Positions 56,132 to 63,262 of a DNA stretch of 64,000 nucleotides are shown here, piece by piece (the stretch's first letter is position 1; the number at the start of each line of letters is the position of its first letter). The notes beneath the pieces were generated by a model. The model was not told the DNA's origin. It did no database searches and worked only from the letters and a program-made list of their open reading frames with translations. Position numbers and translations under genes: made by a program. This DNA is from Candidatus Omnitrophota bacterium. GTDB lineage: Bacteria; Omnitrophota; Gorgyraeia; Gorgyraeales; Gorgyraeaceae. The stretch lies in NCBI GenBank assembly GCA_018814825.1, contig JAHIYJ010000090.1:1321-65320 (forward strand), read 5' to 3'.

Positions 56132-57457
56132 GTGTCGAGATTTTTGAACACTCATATGGAACAGAGACTGGTTCAAAAGCAGGTGCAGAAACTAATCTTC
56201 GGGCAAAAGATGCAGGAGTCCATGCACATCCTGCAGATGCCTTTGATAGAGCTCAAGAATCTCATAGAAAACGAAATGGAGACCAATCCCCTCCTTGAAG
56301 AAAGCCAGCTTCCTCCTTCTTCTCCGGATAGACTAAGGCATAAAATAGATAAAAACGATGTCAGGAGAGAGCTGCGGTTGACAAAACCCCTTACCCTGCA
56401 GGATCATTTGTTGAGGCAGTTGGGATTACTGGCTGCTACAGAGGAAGAGAGCGATATAGGCGAAGAGATTATAGGCAATATCGATGATGACGGGTATTTA
56501 AAGGCCGGGCTTGACGAGATCGCCCAGCCCCTGGGAGTGAACATATTAAAGATAGAGGCCATGGTAGTGGTGATACAGAGTTTTGAACCGGCAGGCGTGT
56601 GCGCAAGAGACCTGAAGGAATGTTTATTGATACAGCTAGAGGCCAATGGCAAGGAAGGTTCTATTGCATGGAAGATCGTTGAAGCCCACCTGGATGAGTG
56701 CGGTAAAAAACAGTACGCTAAGATAGCAAAGGCATTGGGGGTATCTATGGACAAGGTGCAGGCCGCCGTGGCAGAGATTGCCAGGCTCGAGCCCAAACCA
56801 GGAAGAAAATACTCTGATAAGGCTGAAACGCAATATATCGTGCCTGATATATTTGTAAAGAAAGTGGATGACGAATACCAGATATTGAGCAACCAGTTTG
56901 ATATCCCGAGCGTAAGGGTAAGTTCATTATACAGGGATATATTGAACGATAAGAATTCTGATGAGAAAACGCAGGATTATATAAGGGAAAAATTGACTGC
57001 CGCCAATTTTATGATAAAGTGCATCCGCCAGCGCCAGGAAACCATGCGCAAGATCACTGAATTCCTGGTCAAGGAACAGGGCGAATGCCTGGAAAAGGGC
57101 CGCTCGTTTATGAAGCCCCTGAACTTCGAAACCATAGCAAAGGCCATTGGCAGGCACCAGTCCACTATCTCAAGGGCCATAGCCAATAAATATATAGATA
57201 CGCCTTCCGGGATTTATGAATTAAGGGAATTTTTCAACGGCAAGATAGCACATACGAGTTCGGAAGATGACCATTCATCCACCAGCGTAAAGCTGGAGCT
57301 CAAGAATATAATAGACAATGAAGACAAGCGAAAGCCCCTGAGCGACCAGAAGCTCCAGAAGATACTGACTGATAAGGAGATAAAAATATCCCGCAGAACC
57401 ATCGCCAAATACCGCGAAGAGCTAAAGATCCTCCCGTCTTACCTTAGAAAGAACTGA
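56132..57457 (+). CDS. rpoN: RNA polymerase sigma-54 factor
   Basis: Region I is Q/L-rich (LVQKQVQKLIFGQKMQESMHILQMPLIEL). HTH is HQSTISRAIANKYI. RpoN box is SRRTIAKYREEL. 441 aa. The start could be ATG 56156. Confidence 0.9.
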   Translation: MSRFLNTHMEQRLVQKQVQKLIFGQKMQESMHILQMPLIELKNLIENEMETNPLLEESQLPPSSPDRLRHKIDKNDVRRELRLTKPLTLQDHLLRQLGLLAATEEESDIGEEIIGNIDDDGYLKAGLDEIAQPLGVNILKIEAMVVVIQSFEPAGVCARDLKECLLIQLEANGKEGSIAWKIVEAHLDECGKKQYAKIAKALGVSMDKVQAAVAEIARLEPKPGRKYSDKAETQYIVPDIFVKKVDDEYQILSNQFDIPSVRVSSLYRDILNDKNSDEKTQDYIREKLTAANFMIKCIRQRQETMRKITEFLVKEQGECLEKGRSFMKPLNFETIAKAIGRHQSTISRAIANKYIDTPSGIYELREFFNGKIAHTSSEDDHSSTSVKLELKNIIDNEDKRKPLSDQKLQKILTDKEIKISRRTIAKYREELKILPSYLRKN

Positions 57458-57575
57458 TAGGACACCAAGTCACCTCTGTTATATTAGACACACAAGGCGG
57501 TCCTTTTCTTTAAAATTATTACACACAGAACATTTCGTAAAGTTATTGACTTATGTGTGATATATATGCTAATAT

Positions 57576-58481
57576 ATGGCGGTTATGGCAAGGAAAAAGC
57601 CAAGAAGGTACTCTATCTTTCTGCTCTTTAGGGGGCTTAGTTTTATCGTATATATCCTACCCATGCGGTTAGGGATTTTTATAGGTAAGGCACTTGGGGC
57701 TCTGGCCTTTTGTATTCTCAAAAAAGAGAGAAACCTGGCTTTCTTGAATCTTGAAAGTGCGTTTGGGAATACCAAGAGCAAAAAGGAGAAAAGGCTTATT
57801 GCCAGAAAGGTCTTTGAAAACCTGGGAAAGAATTTTGTCGAGGTCATATCTCTTTCAAAATTCAATAAGGATAATATAGACGCCTATGTTAAGTGCCGGG
57901 GCCGGGAAGTGATAGACAGTCTTGTCCGACAGGGCAAGGGTGGCATAGTGCTTACGGCTCATTTCGGCAACTGGGAACTCCTGGCGCATTATTTTGCCAT
58001 AAAAGGCTACAGGGTAAATGTAATAGCCAGGCATGTCCGCATGGAGTATTTTGAGAAAATCCTGGATGGTATAAGGAAAAAGCACGGCGTTAATGTCCTT
58101 TACAGGGACTCTTCCGCCAAGGATGTCATCAGGCTGCTTAAGAATAATGAGTTCGTGGGCATAATACCGGACCAGGACATGGATAGTGTTTCAGGTGTGT
58201 TCGTGGATTTTTTCGGCAAACAAACGTATACTCCCAGCGGACCGGCTATTCTGAATCTCTTGACGGGCGTTTCCATTATTCCGTGTTTTATCGTTCGGAA
58301 TACAACCGGACATGAGATAATAATGGAACGACCTCTTGAGCTAAACTCTACAGGGGATAAAGAGAGAGATATACTGGAAAGTACTCAGCTCTACACAAAG
58401 GTCATAGAGAGTTATATAAAAAAATCTCCCGAACAATGGGTATGGTTTCACGAAAGATGGAAAACTTCCCGGGAATCATGA
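57576..58481 (+). CDS. lpxL: Kdo-lipid A secondary (lauroyl/myristoyl) acyltransferase, LpxL/LpxM family
   Basis: The HX4E active-site motif is TAHFGNWEL. N-terminal membrane anchor. 301 aa. Confidence 0.7.
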   Translation: MAVMARKKPRRYSIFLLFRGLSFIVYILPMRLGIFIGKALGALAFCILKKERNLAFLNLESAFGNTKSKKEKRLIARKVFENLGKNFVEVISLSKFNKDNIDAYVKCRGREVIDSLVRQGKGGIVLTAHFGNWELLAHYFAIKGYRVNVIARHVRMEYFEKILDGIRKKHGVNVLYRDSSAKDVIRLLKNNEFVGIIPDQDMDSVSGVFVDFFGKQTYTPSGPAILNLLTGVSIIPCFIVRNTTGHEIIMERPLELNSTGDKERDILESTQLYTKVIESYIKKSPEQWVWFHERWKTSRES

Positions 58482-59326
58482 TAAAAGTGAAGGTCTTGTT
58501 TTTGATATCGGCCGTGATTATATGCCCTGTATGCATGGCGCAGGAGGATAATAAGGCGGCTGATCAGGAGATCAACGGTTTTTCTCTTGTGCAATATAGT
58601 GACTCCGGTGACAAGAAGTGGGAACTGAACGGACGATCAGCGGAACTGGAAGAAAATAGCGTAAAGATAGATGATGTCTCCATCTTAGCGTCAGGAGATG
58701 AAACGTTTCTTAAATTAAAGGCGAGAGAGGGTAATTTTGACAGGGATGAGAGCCTAGCGCGTCTTAAGAAAGACGTTGTCCTGAAAACAACAGACGGCAT
58801 TACTATCAAAACAGACGCGCTCAACTGGGATGCTGAGGCAAAGAACGTTTTTACGGAAGAACCTGTAAACATAAAAAGGGCGGATTTCGAGGTCAATGGC
58901 AGGGGCGCCACCTGTGATCTGGAGAATAAGACAGCTGAGGTAAAAAAAGACGTGACGGCAAACATTAACGCCGCTATGCCAGCGTATATGGCTGCTGTAA
59001 GCGGTGATAGACAGAAAACAGTAATAACCTGTGACGGCCCGCTCGAGATAAATTACAGCAAAAACAAAGCCTCTTTTCTAAATAACGTTAAAGTCGAAGA
59101 TTCTCAGGGTAATATACTGGCGGACAGGATAGATGTTTATTTCGATGCTGGCTCAAGACGCGTAAAGTGCGTTGTGGCGAGAGGCGGCGTGGAGATTATT
59201 AACGGAGGAAATGTTACTTACAGTGAAAAGGCCATATATCTTGTTGATGAGGGCCGGGTGATTTTGCCAAAAAGGCCCAAATTAGTAATCCAAAGCGAAC
59301 CAAATCTCAAACCCGCATTGCAATAG
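58478..59326 (+). CDS. lptA: Periplasmic LPS-transport protein of the LptA/LptC (OstA-like) family
   Basis: Signal peptide (MIKVKVLFLISAVIICPVCMA). The OstA-like beta-jellyroll repeats have the ..TGN..L pattern, and the gene sits immediately upstream of lptB. At 283 aa it is longer than a typical LptA and may be an LptC-LptA fusion. ATG 58478 overlaps the upstream stop. The listed 58436 start is inside the preceding gene. Confidence 0.6.
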   Translation: MIKVKVLFLISAVIICPVCMAQEDNKAADQEINGFSLVQYSDSGDKKWELNGRSAELEENSVKIDDVSILASGDETFLKLKAREGNFDRDESLARLKKDVVLKTTDGITIKTDALNWDAEAKNVFTEEPVNIKRADFEVNGRGATCDLENKTAEVKKDVTANINAAMPAYMAAVSGDRQKTVITCDGPLEINYSKNKASFLNNVKVEDSQGNILADRIDVYFDAGSRRVKCVVARGGVEIINGGNVTYSEKAIYLVDEGRVILPKRPKLVIQSEPNLKPALQ

Positions 59327-59343
59327 ATTTGCAATGCGGGTTT
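59309..59343. repeat. Second copy of the AAACCCGCATTGCAA 15-bp-arm palindrome (centre TAGAT), spanning the lptA stop codon
   Basis: Identical arms to 9086..9120. Both copies sit at junctions within LPS operons. Confidence 0.7.
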
Positions 59344-59358
59344 GATGAGGATAAAGAC

Positions 59359-60093
59359 ATGATAGACAATATTCATTTGTTGACTATAGAAAACCTCAGG
59401 AAGGCCTATGACGGCAAGACAGTCGTGGATGGCGTAAACATGAAGATCAAGAGAGGAGAGGTCGTGGGGCTGCTCGGGCCTAATGGCGCTGGGAAGACTA
59501 CCACGTTTTATATGGTGGTAGGTATGCTCAGGCCTGATGACGGAAGGATAATATTTGACGGTAATGATATAACCAAGCTGCCCATGCATATGCGTTCGCG
59601 AAACGGAATAGGCTATCTGTCTCAGGAACCTTCCGTATTCAGGAAGCTTACGGTCGAGGAAAATATAATGGCTATACTGGAGACCCTGGATCTACCGCGG
59701 TCTGTCAGGAAGAAAAGGCTGGAAGAGTTACTGAACGAATTAGACATAGCCCGACTTGCCGAGAAAAAGGCGTATATGCTTTCAGGAGGTGAGCGAAGGC
59801 GCCTGGAAATAACAAGGGCTCTCGTGACGAACCCTTTGTTTATACTGCTTGATGAGCCTTTCAGCGGCATAGACCCTATCGCGGTTTCTGACGCCCAGGA
59901 GATAATATCCGACCTGAAAAGAAAAGGCCTTGGCATTCTTCTTACCGACCACAACGTTAGAGAAACACTTGAAATAACGGACTATTCGTATATAATGGCA
60001 GAGGGAAGAATACTTATATCAGGCAATGCCGAGGAATTGACAAAAGATCCAAAGGCGCGCGAGATTTATCTGGGCGAGAAGTTTAGGATGTAA
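59359..60093 (+). CDS. lptB: LPS export ABC transporter ATP-binding protein
   Basis: Walker A GPNGAGKTT. Signature LSGGERRRLEI. 244 aa. ATG 59359 follows GAGGA. The listed 59329 start lies inside the palindrome. Confidence 0.85.
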   Translation: MIDNIHLLTIENLRKAYDGKTVVDGVNMKIKRGEVVGLLGPNGAGKTTTFYMVVGMLRPDDGRIIFDGNDITKLPMHMRSRNGIGYLSQEPSVFRKLTVEENIMAILETLDLPRSVRKKRLEELLNELDIARLAEKKAYMLSGGERRRLEITRALVTNPLFILLDEPFSGIDPIAVSDAQEIISDLKRKGLGILLTDHNVRETLEITDYSYIMAEGRILISGNAEELTKDPKAREIYLGEKFRM

Positions 60094-60101
60094 GTGAGGC
60101 C

Positions 60102-60136
60102 ATAAGTTACGTCAATCTTTGATTGACGTAACTTAT
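60102..60136. repeat. Perfect 16-bp-arm palindrome ATAAGTTACGTCAATC-ttt-GATTGACGTAACTTAT, 9 nt after the lptB stop
   Basis: Read directly. It probably acts as a terminator or stability hairpin. No U-tract follows. Confidence 0.6.
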
Positions 60137-60312
60137 TCGGCCGAACTTATCCTTGACATTTTCTGGTGCTTGAAATTGTTTTATATGGTAAGCATACCAG
60201 AAGATGTCAAGGATGAACGCAGCGCAAGGCGCTGCAGCTACAACTTCACACTTTTTTGTGTGTCACGGATGTGTGAAGTAATTGCTTTGCTCGCAATGAC
60301 AGGTGGTGTATA

Positions 60313-61365
60313 GTGAAATCCAGCATTAAAAAGCTAAAAAATTGCAAAAAGATAGTAGAAGTTAAACTTGCCCCCGATAAAGTTAAAGAGGAATTTGACA
60401 GGGTCTACGAGGGCATCAAAAAGGTCGCGAATGTGCCAGGTTTCAGGCCCGGGATGGCCCCGCGGGATCTACTGGAAAAACACTACAATGAGACCGCCAG
60501 GGAAGAGGTGATAAAAAAACTAGTGCCGGATACCTATAAGATGATCATCGAAGAACATAAGCTCGACCCCATAGGCTACCCTGAGATAACGGACTTGAAG
60601 CTTGATCTGGATGGGGGGTTCTCCTATACCGCCAGTATTGAAACCAGGCCGGAGCTTAGTCTTAAGAATTACAGAGGCATTAAACTAAAAAAGAAAAAAA
60701 GAGAGGCGAAGGAAGAGGATGTCCAGAAGAACCTCCAGGCCCTGAGAGAGACATATGCCCAGAAGGCGCCCAAAGAGGGAGGAGAGGAAAAGGAAAAGAT
60801 ATTGCCTAAACTGGATGATGACTTTGCGAAAGACCTGGGACTGGAAAATCTGGAGAAGCTGAAGGAAGCCGTAAAGTTAAATTTACAGCATAGGCTTGAG
60901 CAGGAAAGCCGGGCTGACCTGGAGATGCAGGTCATAAGTTACCTTACAGACGGCGTTAATTGCGAGGTACCGAATTCCCTGGTAAATTCAGAAAAAGATA
61001 GATTATTAAAGGACGCTAACAGCCGCATCGCGTACATACAGGCTACGCAGAAAAAACAAACTCCTGATAAAAAATTCGAACTCAGCGATAAAGAGAGAAA
61101 AGAGCTGGAGGAAAATTCCCGTAAACAGGCGATCCGTCAGGTAAAGACGTTTTTTATACTCGATAAAATAGCCCATGCCGAGAAGATATATATTAAAAGC
61201 GAAGAGCTTGACAGGGAGATAGAAAATATGGCGGAAGAGTATCAAAAGCCGAAAAAAGAGATAGAGGATTACCTTGAAAAAAATCACAAGATGGATGAGA
61301 TAGCGGTTAATATGCGTAACGCGAAGGTCATGGAGTTTTTATTAAAGGAGGCGAAAGTCTCCTAA
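60313..61365 (+). CDS. tig: Trigger factor (ribosome-associated chaperone), short form apparently lacking the FKBP/PPIase domain
   Basis: The N-terminal ribosome-binding domain carries the GFRPG motif (VPGFRPGMAPRDLL). A C-terminal arm domain is present. At 350 aa it is about 80 aa short of typical TF. clpP follows. Confidence 0.7.
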   Translation: MKSSIKKLKNCKKIVEVKLAPDKVKEEFDRVYEGIKKVANVPGFRPGMAPRDLLEKHYNETAREEVIKKLVPDTYKMIIEEHKLDPIGYPEITDLKLDLDGGFSYTASIETRPELSLKNYRGIKLKKKKREAKEEDVQKNLQALRETYAQKAPKEGGEEKEKILPKLDDDFAKDLGLENLEKLKEAVKLNLQHRLEQESRADLEMQVISYLTDGVNCEVPNSLVNSEKDRLLKDANSRIAYIQATQKKQTPDKKFELSDKERKELEENSRKQAIRQVKTFFILDKIAHAEKIYIKSEELDREIENMAEEYQKPKKEIEDYLEKNHKMDEIAVNMRNAKVMEFLLKEAKVS

Positions 61366-61377
61366 AGAGGAGGAAAC

Positions 61378-61977
61378 ATGTCTATGCTAGTCCCCATAGT
61401 CGTTGAGCAGTCAGATCGAGGCGAACGCGCGTATGATATTTACTCAAGATTATTAAAAGACAGGATCATATTCATAGGATCCGCCATAGATGACGTTGTG
61501 GCGAATCTTGTCATTGCCCAGATGCTCTTCTTACAGACAGAGGATCCTGATAGGGACATCAATATATATATAAATACCCCGGGAGGCATGGTAACATCCG
61601 GGCTTGCCATATATGATACCATGCAGTTCGTTAAGCCGGATATCTGCACTTATTGTATGGGACAGGCCACCAGCATGGGCGCCGTACTCCTGGGCGCGGG
61701 CACCAAGGGTAAACGCCTTGCCCTCCCTAACTCCAGGGTAATGATACATCAGCCATGGGGCGGAGTGCAAGGCCAGGCAGCCGACATCAATATACAGGCA
61801 AAGGAGATCCTGAAGATGCGAGACAGGATTAATGATATACTCGCGAATCACACTGGACAGAATCTGGATAAGATACAAAAAGACACTGACAGGGATTATT
61901 TCATGTCAGCCGAAGAGGCAAAAGAGTATGGGATTATAGACGAGGTAATAGTAAGCACCAAGAAAAACAAAAAATAA
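61378..61977 (+). CDS. clpP: ATP-dependent Clp protease proteolytic subunit
   Basis: [44 protein letters not shown] carries the Ser-His-Asp triad context. 199 aa. Confidence 0.9.
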   Translation: MSMLVPIVVEQSDRGERAYDIYSRLLKDRIIFIGSAIDDVVANLVIAQMLFLQTEDPDRDINIYINTPGGMVTSGLAIYDTMQFVKPDICTYCMGQATSMGAVLLGAGTKGKRLALPNSRVMIHQPWGGVQGQAADINIQAKEILKMRDRINDILANHTGQNLDKIQKDTDRDYFMSAEEAKEYGIIDEVIVSTKKNKK

Positions 61978-61983
61978 CCGCTT

Positions 61984-62020
61984 AACTTGACGAAAGTTAC
62001 AATGTAACTTTCGTCAAGTT
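61984..62020. repeat. Perfect 17-bp-arm palindrome AACTTGACGAAAGTTAC-aat-GTAACTTTCGTCAAGTT, placed right before the SD of the aminotransferase gene
   Basis: Second member of the family seen at 2879..2915. The two copies differ by two compensatory base-pair changes. Confidence 0.65.
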
Positions 62021-62037
62021 AAGGTTTAAGGAGAGTT

Positions 62038-63174
62038 ATGAAAAACTATTTACTTACACCAGGGCCGACTCCTGTGCCTCCCGAAGCTCTGGAGTCGATG
62101 GCAAGGCCGATAATACACCACAGGACGCCGCAGTTTCAGGAGATCTTGAAGGAAGTGGAAGACAACCTGAAATATGTATTCCAGACCACAAACCCGGTTC
62201 TTATATTTTCTTCAAGCGGTACAGGCGCAATGGAAGGCGCGGTTACCAGCCTCCTTTCCCCTGGAGATAAGGCCATAGTGGTAAGGGGCGGAAAATTCGG
62301 AGAAAGATGGGGGGAGCTTTGCGCGGCTTACGGCATAGAATTTATCCCCGTGGATGTGGAATGGGGCAAATCGGTTAGTCCGCAGGAGATAAAGAAAATT
62401 CTTGAAGCTGAAGGCTCAAGGCTGAAGGCTGTATATGTAACGCTATGCGAGACTTCAACAGGCGTTACGACTGATATAGAGGCTCTCGCGAAGATCACAA
62501 AAAGTTCCGAGGCTGTCTTGGTGGTTGATGCAATAAGCGCTCTGGGAGCCGTTCCTTTAAAGACTGATGAATGGGGGATTGACGTCGTGGTGTCAGGTTC
62601 GCAGAAGGGGCTGATGATCCCACCCGGGCTCGCGTTTGTAAGCCTGAGTGAAAAGGCCTGGAAACTGGCCGAGGAGTCCACATTGCCAAAGTATTATTTC
62701 AATTTCAAGGCATATAAAAAATCTATCGAGAAAAACGATACGCCTTACACACCGGCCGTGAATCTTATCATGGCCTTAAGAGAGGTTTTAAAACTGATAA
62801 GAAAAGAAGGCATTGATAACCTGATAAACCGCCACAGAAAAAACAGTAAGGCGGTACGGGACGCCGTTAAGGCTCTTGGCCTTGAGCTATTCGCTCCTCA
62901 GGCGTATTCAGAGGCGGTTACCGCGGTCATGGTACCAGAAGGTGTTGACGGAGGCAAACTTGTAAAGACCATGCGTGATAAGTACGGTGTGGCGATCGCC
63001 GGCGGCCAGTCACAGCTAAAAGGGAAAATATTCAGGATAGCCACCATGGGTTACATAACAGAGGATGATTTGAAAAAGGGTTTTGAGGTCCTGGAGATAG
63101 TCCTTGCGGAGCTGGGATATAAATTCGAGAAGAGCGCAGGAGTTAAAGCGCTGGAAAGAGGATTAGCAAGTTAG
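62038..63174 (+). CDS. Class V PLP-dependent aminotransferase (AGXT/SerC-like); possibly the phosphoserine aminotransferase, given the adjacent serA
   Basis: MKNYLLTPGPTPVP.. 378 aa. It is contiguous with a D-3-phosphoglycerate dehydrogenase gene. Confidence 0.65.
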   Translation: MKNYLLTPGPTPVPPEALESMARPIIHHRTPQFQEILKEVEDNLKYVFQTTNPVLIFSSSGTGAMEGAVTSLLSPGDKAIVVRGGKFGERWGELCAAYGIEFIPVDVEWGKSVSPQEIKKILEAEGSRLKAVYVTLCETSTGVTTDIEALAKITKSSEAVLVVDAISALGAVPLKTDEWGIDVVVSGSQKGLMIPPGLAFVSLSEKAWKLAEESTLPKYYFNFKAYKKSIEKNDTPYTPAVNLIMALREVLKLIRKEGIDNLINRHRKNSKAVRDAVKALGLELFAPQAYSEAVTAVMVPEGVDGGKLVKTMRDKYGVAIAGGQSQLKGKIFRIATMGYITEDDLKKGFEVLEIVLAELGYKFEKSAGVKALERGLAS

Positions 63175-63180
63175 AATTAG

Positions 63181-63250
63181 TGAGCTTTCAGCCTTCAGCC
63201 ATCAGCCTTCAGCAGCTGACAGCTGAAAACTGGAAGCTGATGGCTAACAT
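63181..63250. repeat. Heptamer-periodic inverted repeat (YTTCAGC)x4 then (AGCTGAN)x4, forming a hairpin
   Basis: The units read tttcagc|cttcagc|catcagc|cttcagc|agctgac|agctgaa|aactgga|agctgat. Confidence 0.65.
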
Positions 63251-63262
63251 TAGGAGAAGCAT

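Noticed and set aside
57546-57575. TTGACT-N18-TAATAT promoter immediately abutting the lpxL ATG.
   Set aside because: The -10 element ends at the annotated start codon, which would make the transcript leaderless or require the second ATG (57585). It is too ambiguous to call as a feature.
60119-60313. 64-aa + strand ORF between lptB and tig.
   Set aside because: It starts inside a perfect palindrome and spans hairpin-rich sequence (GCAGCGC-aag-GCGCTGC at ~60225..60241). It has no RBS and no similarity to anything. More likely it is a 5' leader or promoter region for tig.
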